From assembly GCA_026004595.1 (NCBI GenBank), contig BPJL01000001.1:90486-154485 (forward strand): a DNA stretch of 64,000 nucleotides, written 5' to 3'. Under the pieces are notes generated by a model. The model was not told where the DNA came from and searched no databases. It saw only the letters and a program-made list of their open reading frames with translations. The stretch comes from Patescibacteria group bacterium (GTDB lineage: Bacteria > Patescibacteriota > WWE3 > UBA101185 > UBA10185). Below are positions 29,676 through 39,753 of this stretch, piece after piece. A program made the position numbers and the translations under genes. Position 1 is the stretch's first letter, and every line of letters begins with the position of its first letter.

Positions 29676-29730
29676 AAATTTGTACGAATGTAAAACAAAT
29701 GTAGTTATTTATTTTTGCAAGGGAGGTTTT

Positions 29731-30048
29731 ATGGCAACAAACACAACAAAAAGCAACACAAAGCTAAAACCACTATCGGATTATTTACTAATTGAGCCCG
29801 TTGAGAAGGATACAACCCTTCCTTCGGGAATCGTGATTCCCGACACAGCAAAGGAAAAACCTCTTGAAGGAAAAGTAATTGCTGTAGGTCCGGGAAAAAG
29901 AGATGATTCGGGGAACAGGGTTCCTATGGAAATAAAAGTCGGGGATACCGTAATGTATAAAAAATGGGGCGGAACGGAAATAAAGTTAGATGGCAAGGAC
30001 ATGCTTCTTGTAAGGGAAGAAGATATCCTGGCCATAATTGAAGATTAA
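29731..30048 (+). CDS. groES: Co-chaperonin GroES
   Basis: About 105 aa with Cpn10 pattern (KPLSDYLLIEPVE...GIVIPDTAKEKP..GKVIAVGPG). RBS GGGAGG lies 7 nt upstream of ATG 29731. Confidence 0.9.
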   Translation: MATNTTKSNTKLKPLSDYLLIEPVEKDTTLPSGIVIPDTAKEKPLEGKVIAVGPGKRDDSGNRVPMEIKVGDTVMYKKWGGTEIKLDGKDMLLVREEDILAIIED

Positions 30049-30063
30049 AGGAGGAAAAAGTAT

Positions 30064-31704
30064 ATGGCTGCTAAAAATATAATTTATGGAGATGCCGCCC
30101 GAATGAAGCTTAAGGCGGGTGTGGACAAATTGGCTAAGGCGGTTTCTACAACCCTTGGTCCTAAAGGAGGAAATGTAGCTCTAGAAAAGAGTTGGGGGAC
30201 ACCTTCAGTTGTCCATGACGGAGTTACAGTTGCTAAGGAGATCGAATTAGAGGACAAGTTCGAAAACATGGGGGCGCAAATAGTTAAGGAAGCGGCTTCT
30301 AAGACCAACGATGTTGCCGGGGACGGCACCACAACTGCGACGGTTCTAGCCCAAGCAGTTGTAGAGGCGGGATTGAAGAATATTTCAGCCGGCGCCAATG
30401 CTATGATGGTCAAAAGAGGATTGGAAAAGGCCACTGACGCTGTAGTAGAAGAGATCAAAAACATGGCCAAGAAAATCTCCAGTAAGGAAGAAAGAGTTCA
30501 AGTCGCGACTATAGCAGCACAGAGCGAGGAAATAGGAAAAATAATTGCTGATGCTATGGAAAAGGTTGGTGAGCAAGGTGTCATCACGGTTGATGAATCC
30601 AAAGGTTTTGACATAGAGCTTGAGTACAAGGAAGGAATGCAATTTGACAAAGGCTACTCTTCCCCTTATTTCGTCACGAACGCTGAAAAGATGGAGGCAG
30701 TAATTGAAGAGCCCTACATTCTGATTACCGATTCCAAAATATCGGGTATGCAGGACCTCCTCCCAATGCTTGAAAGTTTTGTCAAGGTTTCCAAAAACCT
30801 TGTGATAATAGCTGACGATGTTGAAGGAGAAGCTCTGGCAACTTTAGTGGTCAACAAGTTAAGGGGAATTCTTAACGTTTTGGCTGTAAAGGCTCCGGGT
30901 TTTGGTGACAGGCGAAAGGCTATGATGGAAGATATTGCCATTCTGACTGGGGCAAGCTTTATAAGCCAAGAAACGGGCAGAAAGCTTGATTCTGTAACTA
31001 TTGATGACTTGGGGAGAGCCGACAGAGTAATAGCTGATAAAGACAACACAACTATAGTAGGAGGAAAAGGTGATGCTAAAGAATTGCAGGAGAGGATCAA
31101 GCAGATAAAGACCCAGATTGAGCAGACAAGTTCCGATTATGACAAAGACAAGATGAAGGAAAGGTTAGCAAAGCTTAGCGGCGGGGTTGCGGTTATAAAG
31201 GTTGGGGCGGCCACGGAAGCTGAATTGAAGGAATTAAAGCTAAGGGTGGAAGACGCTGTTAATGCTACAAAGGCTGCTGTGGAAGAGGGTATAGTGCCGG
31301 GAGGAGGGGTTACCTTCCTTAATGTAAGAAAGGCTATTCACAAACTTCAGTTAGAAGGTGATGAAAGGACAGGTGCAAAAATTCTTGAAGATGCTCTTGA
31401 AAAGCCGGCCCGTTTGCTTATTAGAAACACGGGGGCAGACGATGGGAAAGTTCTTGCTGAAATTGAGAGAAGATCTGCAGAAGAGAAGAACCAAAACATT
31501 GGCTACAATGTTGTGAAAATGGCCTTTGTAGATATGGTATTAGACGGAATAATTGATCCGGCTAAAGTTACGAGGAGCGCTCTTCAGAATGCAGTTTCTG
31601 CGGCTACAATGATTTTGACCACCGAATGTCTTGTTGCTGAGGCTCCAAAGAAAGAGGAACACACAGCCGCCAATCCCGGTATGGGAATGGATGATATGAT
31701 GTAA
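30064..31704 (+). CDS. groEL: Chaperonin GroEL
   Basis: Canonical GroEL sequence ([12 protein letters not shown]...[12 protein letters not shown]...). C-terminal GMGMDDMM tail. Confidence 0.97.
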   Translation: MAAKNIIYGDAARMKLKAGVDKLAKAVSTTLGPKGGNVALEKSWGTPSVVHDGVTVAKEIELEDKFENMGAQIVKEAASKTNDVAGDGTTTATVLAQAVVEAGLKNISAGANAMMVKRGLEKATDAVVEEIKNMAKKISSKEERVQVATIAAQSEEIGKIIADAMEKVGEQGVITVDESKGFDIELEYKEGMQFDKGYSSPYFVTNAEKMEAVIEEPYILITDSKISGMQDLLPMLESFVKVSKNLVIIADDVEGEALATLVVNKLRGILNVLAVKAPGFGDRRKAMMEDIAILTGASFISQETGRKLDSVTIDDLGRADRVIADKDNTTIVGGKGDAKELQERIKQIKTQIEQTSSDYDKDKMKERLAKLSGGVAVIKVGAATEAELKELKLRVEDAVNATKAAVEEGIVPGGGVTFLNVRKAIHKLQLEGDERTGAKILEDALEKPARLLIRNTGADDGKVLAEIERRSAEEKNQNIGYNVVKMAFVDMVLDGIIDPAKVTRSALQNAVSAATMILTTECLVAEAPKKEEHTAANPGMGMDDMM

Positions 31705-31726
31705 GGCCTCTCACGATAAGCGAGAA

Positions 31727-31759
31727 AAGAAAAGGGGGCGCTTTTAAGCGCCCCCTTTT
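31727..31759. terminator. Bidirectional rho-independent terminator between convergent groEL and hsp20
   Basis: GC-rich hairpin AAAAGGGGGCGC-ttttaa-GCGCCCCCTTTT flanked by A/T runs on both strands. Confidence 0.6.
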
Positions 31760-31776
31760 CATTCCCGCCATGGGAA

Positions 31777-32208
31777 TTATTTTTTCTTAATTTCTAGTTT
31801 TCGGGGTTTTTCTGCCTCGGTTTTGGGAATGGTGACTTTTACGACACCATTTTCAATTTCGGCACTTGCCCCCTCTGCATCAACTACTCTAGGCAAGGAG
31901 GTACTGTAGGTAAAGGAAGTTTGCCTTGTTGATTTGTAAACAGCTTTCTTTTTCTTTTTCTCTTCTTCAGATTCGGTCTGCTCAGCTTTTATTGTCAGAA
32001 TATTACCCTCTAAGGTGACTTCAAGGTTCTCTTCCTTTATGCCCGGTACCTGCGCTTCCACGACTATGGCGTCGTCAGTTTCGTAAATATCCATCCCCGA
32101 AGGTGTTTCAGTAATCTCTTCCCACCTAGGGAATGAAGGCCAAAAGTCATCTCCGAAGACGGATGGCAGTCCCCATTTATTCCATTTGACTATTGCCATA
32201 ATCCTCAC
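31777..32208 (-). CDS. Small heat-shock protein, Hsp20/alpha-crystallin family
   Basis: ACD core (DIYETDDAIVVEAQVPGIKEENLEVTLEGNILTIKAE) and C-terminal IxI-like tail. Confidence 0.85.
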   Translation of the reverse strand: MRIMAIVKWNKWGLPSVFGDDFWPSFPRWEEITETPSGMDIYETDDAIVVEAQVPGIKEENLEVTLEGNILTIKAEQTESEEEKKKKKAVYKSTRQTSFTYSTSLPRVVDAEGASAEIENGVVKVTIPKTEAEKPRKLEIKKK

Positions 32209-32248
32209 CTCCTCTCGTTTATCAGTATAATAGTGAGAGTGCTAATAG

Positions 32249-33118
32249 TCAAGATATTTTTAGTTTTTTGAGAATGTTTTTGTAGGATTCGAGGATTCTT
32301 CGAGAATTATCGTTTTTGTTGAAATGTATTATGTGCTTACCCAACACTTCGGTTGTGATTTTCTTTCTCATATAATGCAGCTGAGCTTCTCTTGCCATAT
32401 TTTCGAGCAGAGAAAATAAAAGGCCGGACGACGACTCGCTCCTTCCCTCAGTGTAATTGATGCGAAAATTTGGGTAGTAGTCCATAACCCAATTGTTCTG
32501 GCTTATAAACTTAAAATATGTATCGCCTTTGTTAACTATTGGTTGGATCATTACTATGTCCGAGGCAATGAAAATATTTCTTTTTTCCTTTTCCCATTGC
32601 ATTTTAGATTCATCTAGGAAAAGATTAGTGCAAAAGCTGCCTGGCTGGCCGTCGAATTGTGGGTGTTTATTTAATATTTTCAAAATTAGGGCGACAAACC
32701 CTCGGGTTATCCATAAGCGGTTCCTTTTGGTTATGAGCATCAAGTCAATGTCAGAATTTTTTTCTGGATTGTAGGCGGCTAATGAACCCGTTATCGCAAT
32801 CATTCTAACCCAAGGAATGCCGCCCAGAAATTTTAAGAGCGGGGTGTTTTCTTCTATTATCTTTTTGGAGAGTTTCTGTTTCGACAGCCAATTAGTGTAT
32901 TTTTCACCCAGTATTTCATACTTTCCATATATTTTTCTTGCCCACCTGTCTTTTATTAGTTTATTGAGAGCAGTTTTTAGTTTTTTACTGTTTGATGGAG
33001 AATCAGCTATCAAGTAAGTGCCTATTTGAAAGAAGCTCATGGGGTAATGAAACAAGGCTCTGTAAGCAAGGGTTCGTTTTATTGCGGATTCTACTCCTTT
33101 TCCGGTTCTTTTCGGCAT
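32249..33118 (-). CDS. Pol-beta-superfamily nucleotidyltransferase-fold protein of unknown specificity
   Basis: Motif GSLAAYNPEKNSDIDLMLI (GS...DxD) is typical of minimal nucleotidyltransferases such as KNTase/GlnE-type. About 170 aa of unknown C-terminal domain. Confidence 0.4.
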   Translation of the reverse strand: MPKRTGKGVESAIKRTLAYRALFHYPMSFFQIGTYLIADSPSNSKKLKTALNKLIKDRWARKIYGKYEILGEKYTNWLSKQKLSKKIIEENTPLLKFLGGIPWVRMIAITGSLAAYNPEKNSDIDLMLITKRNRLWITRGFVALILKILNKHPQFDGQPGSFCTNLFLDESKMQWEKEKRNIFIASDIVMIQPIVNKGDTYFKFISQNNWVMDYYPNFRINYTEGRSESSSGLLFSLLENMAREAQLHYMRKKITTEVLGKHIIHFNKNDNSRRILESYKNILKKLKIS

Positions 33119-33122
33119 TCTA

Positions 33123-33536
33123 TTACCCTTGCTTGTACATGTACTTATCTAATGCTTTGTTTACCAGAAGATCGGCATCGGTATTTTTCTCTCTCGGCAC
33201 ATGCTTAAATTCTATATGTTCAAATTTTTCAGCAAGTTCGGCCACTTTTTGAAAGAGGGGTTTTAGGCCGGCATTTTTTACCTTATATTCTCTGTTAAGC
33301 TGTTTCACTATCAATTCGCTGTCAAGATAACATATCAAATTGGCAATTTTTCTTTCTATTGCCGCTTTCAAGCCTTCTAGAACAGCTGTGTACTCTGCTT
33401 GATTATTTGTTGTTTCACCAATGTACACGCCCATCTCATATATTTTTTCCTTTCTCTCGTTTCTAATTACAATTCCTATTCCTGCAGGTCCGGGGTTTCC
33501 TCTGGCGCCCCCGTCTGTGTTTAATTGGTAAGTCAT
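33123..33536 (-). CDS. rnhA: Ribonuclease HI
   Basis: RNase H type 1 catalytic residues in context (TDGGARGNPGPAGIG...NNQAEYTAVLEGL...YLDSELIV...TDADLLVN). Confidence 0.8.
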   Translation of the reverse strand: MTYQLNTDGGARGNPGPAGIGIVIRNERKEKIYEMGVYIGETTNNQAEYTAVLEGLKAAIERKIANLICYLDSELIVKQLNREYKVKNAGLKPLFQKVAELAEKFEHIEFKHVPREKNTDADLLVNKALDKYMYKQG

Positions 33537-34138
33537 TTGATGTATTCCTTAAAAGAAAATTTTAATAATGAGAAAGCTAATCCTATTAACAACCCGCTGA
33601 ATAAGTAATTTGGGAGGGGTCTTTGGTCTCTTTTGACGACGGGTTCTTCAGAAATCGGCAGCACCTTGATGTTTTCGTCAGAGGCATTTGTTATTTTCTC
33701 CCCAGCTTCCAAGAAACGCTTGGAAAGAGAATCATAGATTTTGAGAGTTTTCTCGTTGTTGTAATCCGCTACAGCTAGTGAAACCACCTGCGGGCCTTTT
33801 TTATACACTTTGTAGGTTCTTGAGAGCTTTCTTAGGTTGTTGTCCGTAACGGCAAGTTTTAAGTCACCCAACACTGCGCTTTTTATGTTTTCACTTTCAA
33901 GCAAGGCAATTGCCGTATTTGTGTAGGATTGGGCGGTTTGCTGGGCGTAATACCCCTCATAAGTAAAAAACTCGTTGCTTGGTTTATCAGCAACTCTTCC
34001 TATAAAGTAATACCCCTCGGCTACGTATTTTCCCGGTATAAAAGTGGCTATAATGCCCAAAATGCCTCCGGAAACCGTCAAGATCAGTAGTTCTTTTTTT
34101 CGTGTGTTTAGTTTTTTTAAGATTTCCCTTAATTCCAT
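33533..34138 (-). CDS. Wzz/chain-length-determinant-like (PCP) bitopic membrane protein (tentative)
   Basis: 201 aa with N- and C-terminal TM helices around a soluble central domain, as in short polysaccharide co-polymerases. Confidence 0.3.
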   Translation of the reverse strand: MELREILKKLNTRKKELLILTVSGGILGIIATFIPGKYVAEGYYFIGRVADKPSNEFFTYEGYYAQQTAQSYTNTAIALLESENIKSAVLGDLKLAVTDNNLRKLSRTYKVYKKGPQVVSLAVADYNNEKTLKIYDSLSKRFLEAGEKITNASDENIKVLPISEEPVVKRDQRPLPNYLFSGLLIGLAFSLLKFSFKEYIK

Positions 34139-34241
34139 CTGTATTTCCGCAGCGGGTCCACGGTCTATTGAATTATATCATTGTACCGCCCGTCCCTTTT
34201 TGGTTATACTTATAGCCAGAATTTGTTAAGAAACTGCCCTA

Positions 34242-37200
34242 ATGGTCAAAAATCAGTCCATTAAAAAAAATTCGCTAGTTCCGACAATTTTGGTCAGCGG
34301 AGGCGCGGGATTTGTCGGTTCTCATCTTGTTGAGGCACTGCTTTCCAACGGTGCGAGAGTTCTGGTATTGGATAATTTTAACACTGGAAAAGAAATTCAC
34401 GTAAAGCATCTTCTCGCTAATCCGAACTTTGCTCTCTTTAATGTGGATATAAATGAAGGACTTCCGCCTGAGATAGAGAGTGTTGATTATGTTTTTCACA
34501 TGGCCGGGTTAGAAGATTATATGTACAGCGGCGAAGATCCAACTCTTGACACTTTGCTGACAAACTCGCTCGGTACTAAGAATCTTCTCGATCTAGTTAA
34601 ACGCTCGGAGGCGAAGTTTGTTCTTATATCTACAATAGATGTGTATCAGGGGAGAATGTCGCAGGACGAGCTGGGAAAATATTTTGGTCTCTCAAAGCCT
34701 GAAGAAAACAAGTTCAGCTTGATTGAAGCGAAAAGGTTTGCCGAGGCAGTAGTTTGGGAATACTACAAAAAATATGATTTGGATGTTCGGATTGTTCGTC
34801 TTCCAGAAGTATACGGACCAAGAATGAATCTTGACTCAAGTGGGGCACTAGGAATTTTTATAAAAGCATTGCTTGATGGAAGGAATATTGAGGTTAGCAA
34901 TGACGGTGTTGAAAAAGAGTACTATCTTTATGTATCGGATGCGGTGAGCGGAATTTTAAGATCAATGTTCAACCAAGGGACAAAGGGAGGTATTTATTCT
35001 CTGGTACCTGATTCTCCGATAACCCAACTGGAGATTGCCTATCTTCTAAAGAGCTTGGCTGATGGAAACATTGCTATTACCTTCAAGAGCTCGGGGTTCT
35101 CTCTTCCTTTCAGAGGTCCCGCACCTGATACATATAATCTTAAGGATTTGGGTTGGAAGCCACGTATTGGTTTGAAGGCCGGGATAATAGACACTCTTAA
35201 GTCTTTTGGCTACACGGTAAATAGGAATACATTCAAGCCCGCGAGATATGTTGAAGAAAAACTTGTGGCAAAAGGTGTGCAGACAACAACGGTTAAACCG
35301 TCTGAAAATACACCTCCTGCAACTGCGCCGGTAACCTCCATTTATCCTGCGGACATGGCCACTCTTTACGCAAGGAATTATGTAAATAAGGAGAGGAAAC
35401 CACGAAAGAAAATAGATTTGGGATTTCTTTTCAGGCATAAAGGTGTAAAAGAGAGCAAGGAAAAAAGGGCAAAGACTGTCTTCTCCAATTCTAAGTTTTA
35501 TATTGCAACCGCAATTTTTATTTCCGCCATTCTTGTGTTTCTCATAAACCCACTTTTTAATTTATATTCCAATGTTAGTTCAGGTGTTACCGCTTTAAAT
35601 AACATAGAAAAGGCAGGGTATAGTTTAAATTTGGAAGAGCTTTCCAAAAACTCGGCGCTTGCCTCTCGTAAATTTGAAACAGCAACCAAAAATCTCTCAG
35701 ATTTAAAATGGCTTTTTTCGCTTTCAGGTAAATCTCCGGAGTACATAAGCTATTTTAGAATGTTAAACTCTCTAAAGAATTTTTCCGAATCGGTTGGCTA
35801 CTTAGCAAAATCGGCAGCTCCCCTTGAGGGAATGTGGGAAATACTTAGACCGGATACTCAGGATGTTCTTACCAAAGATATAATTGACAACGCAAAATTT
35901 GAAATAGGACAGGCTCAAAAACTTCTTTACCTAGCTGAGGCAGATTTTGGCGGGGTTGATAAAGTGCACATTCCCGAAAAATACAGAAAACATGCTGACA
36001 ACTATGAAAAATATATTTTAATTCTTCAACAAAATTTGAGTCTTACAACAAAAATCATAAGTGATGTAGCCAATGTTTTAGGTGTTGAGAAGGAAACGAC
36101 CTATATAATATGGTTTCAAAACTCAAACGAACTGCGTCCGACCGGAGGCTTTATCGGTTCTTATGGCTTGTTAACCTTTGATAAAGGAAAAATAAAAGAT
36201 CTAAAGATAGATGATATTTATAATCCTGACGGACAGATAAAATTAAGAGATATAAAAGTAGATGCCCCCGAAGTCATTTCCAGATATTTGCAGGAGGATA
36301 GATTGTTTTTAAGAAATTCCAATTGGGATCCAGATTTTCCAACAGCGGCGGGAGTCTTTGGCAATCTTTTTTACAGGATAGACGGCCAGGGTGTAGATGG
36401 TTACATAGCCGTGGACCTAAAGTTTGTTGAAGGGATACTACGTGCTACAGGACCGGTGTATCTTGCGGCATACAACGAGGAAATAAATACTGATAATCTT
36501 TACGAGAGAACGCAGTTCCACAGCGATTTTAATTACACCGAAGGATCCAACCAGAAAAAGTCATTTTTGACAGTTTTAGGTAGCAAACTTTTGGATAAGG
36601 TATTTTCTCTTCCAAAAGATAAAATACCAGATCTTCTTAACGAAATACAAAAGTCTTTGGACGAAAAGCACCTTCTTGTTTATCTTTCAAACGGAGCAAT
36701 AAACGAAGTTTTGAAGGAGAAAAATTGGAATGGACAGGTGGTTCCTGTTGAGGGGGATTATTTATATGTTGTTAACTCCAATCTTGGAGGAACAAAAGCT
36801 AATTATTTTGTTAAGAATTATATTGATTACGAAATAAGTTCCATGACAAGAGACGGGGTGTTGAGAGCTGTGCTTAAGCTGACCTATACCCATACCGGAG
36901 ATTCCATGGCTTGGCCTGGGGGGCCCTACAAAGATCATATAAGGGTGTTAGTCCAAAAAGGCGCCAAACTCACTGGAGCGGAATACATAGGGACCGATGG
37001 TTTATCAGAGAATGTGATGGAGAAAATATCTTTATCGCAATCAAATGGCTACGACGTGATGTCCTATGATTTGGTCCTGAACCCAAAGGAGACAGCCACT
37101 CTCATTATAAAGTACGATCTTGCCGAGAAGCTGAATATAACCAAGGATCGCGCTTCCTATTCATTATATGTTCAGAAACAGCCGGGGACAGACGCAGATC

Positions 37201-37337
37201 CTTTCAACTTTACCTTTAACGCTCCATTTGGCATGCAAATAACTAAGGCGAGCAAAGGACTGGACATATTGGATAATAAAATAGTGTCTTTATCCGAACT
37301 TAGAAATGATAAGAATTACTTTATAGAGTTGCGCTGA
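34242..37337 (+). CDS. Fusion protein: NAD-dependent sugar epimerase/dehydratase (SDR) + TM segment + DUF4012 domain
   Basis: N-terminal Rossmann motif VSGGAGFVGSHLVEAL and extended-SDR features (~330 aa). Then a TM helix (IATAIFISAILVFLINPLF). A ~650-aa C-terminal domain carries the DUF4012-type motif ELRPTGGFIGSYGLLTF. Confidence 0.6.
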   Translation: MVKNQSIKKNSLVPTILVSGGAGFVGSHLVEALLSNGARVLVLDNFNTGKEIHVKHLLANPNFALFNVDINEGLPPEIESVDYVFHMAGLEDYMYSGEDPTLDTLLTNSLGTKNLLDLVKRSEAKFVLISTIDVYQGRMSQDELGKYFGLSKPEENKFSLIEAKRFAEAVVWEYYKKYDLDVRIVRLPEVYGPRMNLDSSGALGIFIKALLDGRNIEVSNDGVEKEYYLYVSDAVSGILRSMFNQGTKGGIYSLVPDSPITQLEIAYLLKSLADGNIAITFKSSGFSLPFRGPAPDTYNLKDLGWKPRIGLKAGIIDTLKSFGYTVNRNTFKPARYVEEKLVAKGVQTTTVKPSENTPPATAPVTSIYPADMATLYARNYVNKERKPRKKIDLGFLFRHKGVKESKEKRAKTVFSNSKFYIATAIFISAILVFLINPLFNLYSNVSSGVTALNNIEKAGYSLNLEELSKNSALASRKFETATKNLSDLKWLFSLSGKSPEYISYFRMLNSLKNFSESVGYLAKSAAPLEGMWEILRPDTQDVLTKDIIDNAKFEIGQAQKLLYLAEADFGGVDKVHIPEKYRKHADNYEKYILILQQNLSLTTKIISDVANVLGVEKETTYIIWFQNSNELRPTGGFIGSYGLLTFDKGKIKDLKIDDIYNPDGQIKLRDIKVDAPEVISRYLQEDRLFLRNSNWDPDFPTAAGVFGNLFYRIDGQGVDGYIAVDLKFVEGILRATGPVYLAAYNEEINTDNLYERTQFHSDFNYTEGSNQKKSFLTVLGSKLLDKVFSLPKDKIPDLLNEIQKSLDEKHLLVYLSNGAINEVLKEKNWNGQVVPVEGDYLYVVNSNLGGTKANYFVKNYIDYEISSMTRDGVLRAVLKLTYTHTGDSMAWPGGPYKDHIRVLVQKGAKLTGAEYIGTDGLSENVMEKISLSQSNGYDVMSYDLVLNPKETATLIIKYDLAEKLNITKDRASYSLYVQKQPGTDADPFNFTFNAPFGMQITKASKGLDILDNKIVSLSELRNDKNYFIELR

Positions 37338-37351
37338 TATAATAATAACAA

Positions 37352-39049
37352 ATGCCTTTAGCAGACATGCCCCAATCTCATAAACAGCACGCTGTCCCAC
37401 AGAATGTTATGAGTGTGGAATTTAAGCTTATCGGTGATCTCACAATGAGACAATTCGCGTACGTTTTCATTGCCGGGGTTCTTGCCTACCTTTCGTATGT
37501 ATTTTTTGTGGGTATTTTCAGATGGCCTTTGGTTTTTCTTATTGCATTTGGCGGAATCGGTTTTGCTTTTATTCCTGTACAGGAAAGGGGAATGGACGAG
37601 TGGATTATTAATTTTTTTAGGGCGATGTATTCTCCGACCCAGCGTATTTGGAGAAAGCAGCCTACGATACCAACCGCCTTTAGTTATGATAATCTCGCTG
37701 TTGTAAGACAAGAGCTTATAACACTTGCGCCTACCTCCAGTCGTAGAAAGCTTGAGGAATATCTTAAATATCAGGCCGGTGGTGAGGAAGTAGACCCGTT
37801 GGATATACCAGAAAGGGAGTATGCTCAAAAAGTTAGGGATGCTTTCCCTGGTGCCAGGAAGAAAAGCGAGGCAACTTCTACCGCGTTTTCAAGAAGTTCT
37901 TTCGGTCCCGCAATCGGTGTGCAGCCTACAGCCGTAACAACAATAGAAGGAGAAGCCATTCAGGAAGAAGAAGTTGTTACGCCGGTTTCTGTTGAAGTTA
38001 GTGCAGGTGAAGAGGTCGGTGTTGCAGCCAAGATTCCACAAGCCGAGGAACCAACTGTTCAAAAAGCGGAAGTTTCGGTTCAAACAGGTATTCAAAGAAG
38101 TAAGGACGCCGGTCTTTTTCATTTATTCAAGGCGAAAGAAGCTCAGAAGGCTAGGGAAGAGGCGCGAGCCGCCAAATTGGAAGATGGTGCCCCCCGTCTT
38201 TCTGCCCCATCTTCTAAGGCGTCGTCTATACCTCTTAAGCCGCTAACACCCGATATGCACTCTGGGCGAAGGTTTGTAAATCTACTGCCTTCAGAAGGCG
38301 AACTTATCCTTCCTATTAGAGGAGAGAGGGTGCTTAGAACTTCAGAAGAAATTTCTGTTGAAGAGACAATAAATGAAAAGGCAAGAAAGCTGCAGGAGTT
38401 GCTTAGGAGGATAAAGGAGGAAGAGGGGATTAAATCTGCCAAAGTTGTTGTAGCCCCAGTTTCGGTTGCCCAAAAGGAAGAACAGCGAGCTCAGGAGGTT
38501 CACGATGAGGCCAAAGATGTTGTTGATAAGCTTAAGATTCAGAGCGAAGAAATTAACGAAGAGATTAGAAGGCTTAAGAGAAATATTGAGTCAACCCACA
38601 CGCTCGGTTCCGCGTCCGAAACTCAAACAAGACTGTTGCAGGAGCTTGAGACCAAGAAACAGGCTGTTGAGGAAAGCTACCGTGTGCTTAGCCAAGGGAT
38701 CCAGAGTTTGAAATCAGAACCGAGAGAGAAAGTGGGAGCTGCTTCGGATATGATAAGAGACACATACCCAACAGAAAAAATTAGTCCTAATACTCTCCAT
38801 GGCGTGGTTAAAGACGCCAATGGAAAAGTACTGACTAATGTATTGTTAATAGTAAAGAATGAAGAAGATGAGCCGGTGAGAGCGCTAAAGACCGACAGCT
38901 TAGGAAGATTTGAGCTTCTGTCCGCACTGAACAATGGGAAATATACCATTGAAGTTAAGCCTTCAGATGAGCAAAAATTGTCGTTTGAAAAAATTTCTGT
39001 AGAATTAAAAGGTGATGTGGTTCCTCCTTTTGTAATATTGGGCAAATAG
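37352..39049 (+). CDS. PrgI-family (VirB3-like) T4SS membrane protein with long coiled-coil/low-complexity extension and C-terminal CarboxypepD_reg-like beta-sandwich domain
   Basis: N-terminus EFKLIGDLTMRQFAYVFIAGVLAYLSYVFFVG plus a second TM matches the PrgI family. Residues ~150-480 are Ala/Glu/Lys-rich with heptad-like stretches. The C-terminus GVVKDANGKVLTNVLLIVKNEEDEPVRALKTDSLGRFELLSALNNGKYTIEV is an Ig-like regulatory fold. Confidence 0.55.
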   Translation: MPLADMPQSHKQHAVPQNVMSVEFKLIGDLTMRQFAYVFIAGVLAYLSYVFFVGIFRWPLVFLIAFGGIGFAFIPVQERGMDEWIINFFRAMYSPTQRIWRKQPTIPTAFSYDNLAVVRQELITLAPTSSRRKLEEYLKYQAGGEEVDPLDIPEREYAQKVRDAFPGARKKSEATSTAFSRSSFGPAIGVQPTAVTTIEGEAIQEEEVVTPVSVEVSAGEEVGVAAKIPQAEEPTVQKAEVSVQTGIQRSKDAGLFHLFKAKEAQKAREEARAAKLEDGAPRLSAPSSKASSIPLKPLTPDMHSGRRFVNLLPSEGELILPIRGERVLRTSEEISVEETINEKARKLQELLRRIKEEEGIKSAKVVVAPVSVAQKEEQRAQEVHDEAKDVVDKLKIQSEEINEEIRRLKRNIESTHTLGSASETQTRLLQELETKKQAVEESYRVLSQGIQSLKSEPREKVGAASDMIRDTYPTEKISPNTLHGVVKDANGKVLTNVLLIVKNEEDEPVRALKTDSLGRFELLSALNNGKYTIEVKPSDEQKLSFEKISVELKGDVVPPFVILGK

Positions 39050-39050
39050 T

Positions 39051-39752
39051 ATGACAAACCAAAACATACCGGCAACTCAAGATCATCTCGATATTATGGA
39101 TATAAGAGATAACTTTGTTATTCTCAAGAATGGAGGTGTATGTGCGGTTCTACAGACTACGGCGGTCAATTTTGACCTTCTTTCGGAGATGGAGCAGGAT
39201 GCAATCATTGCGGCATTTTCTATGTTATTGAATTCAATAACATTTCCTATACAAGTTGTTATCAGATCAAGAAGGTTGGATATTTCTAAATATTTGGAAA
39301 AAGTATATAGAGTAGAAAGCAAACTGGCTGATCCTTTATTGAAACATCAGGCCTCCGCGTATAGAAAATTTGTTCAGGATGTGATAAAGAAGAACGATGT
39401 TCTGGACAAGAGATTTTATGTTGTTATTCCTACAAGTGTTGCTGAAAAAGCGCAACCGGGTTCAGGGCCGTTCGACTGGCTTATGAGACTGACGGGACAG
39501 CACAACAAGAGGGTTTCGTTTAATATTGAAAAGGCTCTCAACGACGGAAAGATAGAATTATCACCTAAAATTGATCACGTAATAAAAGAATTCAATAGAC
39601 TGGGAATCAAGACAAAGCAACTTACTACACAAGACTTAGTGGAGCTTTATTTTGATATTTATAATCCGACCTCTATCCATGGTCAAAGGATTAGGACGGG
39701 GGTTGATGATTATACGACGGCGATAGTAAACCCCGCAATCATTGAGGAGTAA
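39051..39752 (+). CDS. T4SS VirB4-family protein, N-terminal domain encoded as a separate polypeptide (Tn916 Orf16-like N-region)
   Basis: DIMDIRDNFVILKNGGVCAVLQTTAVNFDLLSEMEQDAIIAAFSMLLNS matches the first conserved block of Orf16/TcpF-type VirB4. In Orf16 this block precedes the block found at the start of the next ORF. The gene ends at TAA one nt before the next ATG, which has its own SD (GAGGAG). Confidence 0.5.
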   Translation: MTNQNIPATQDHLDIMDIRDNFVILKNGGVCAVLQTTAVNFDLLSEMEQDAIIAAFSMLLNSITFPIQVVIRSRRLDISKYLEKVYRVESKLADPLLKHQASAYRKFVQDVIKKNDVLDKRFYVVIPTSVAEKAQPGSGPFDWLMRLTGQHNKRVSFNIEKALNDGKIELSPKIDHVIKEFNRLGIKTKQLTTQDLVELYFDIYNPTSIHGQRIRTGVDDYTTAIVNPAIIEE

Positions 39753-39753
39753 T

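Noticed and set aside
30084-31100. Antisense ORFs inside groEL (and similar antisense ORFs inside sufS, ftsH, the VirB4 gene and dnaN)
   Set aside because: They lie opposite highly conserved protein genes, are Ala/Ser/Pro-rich from GC-biased antisense frames, and have no independent support.
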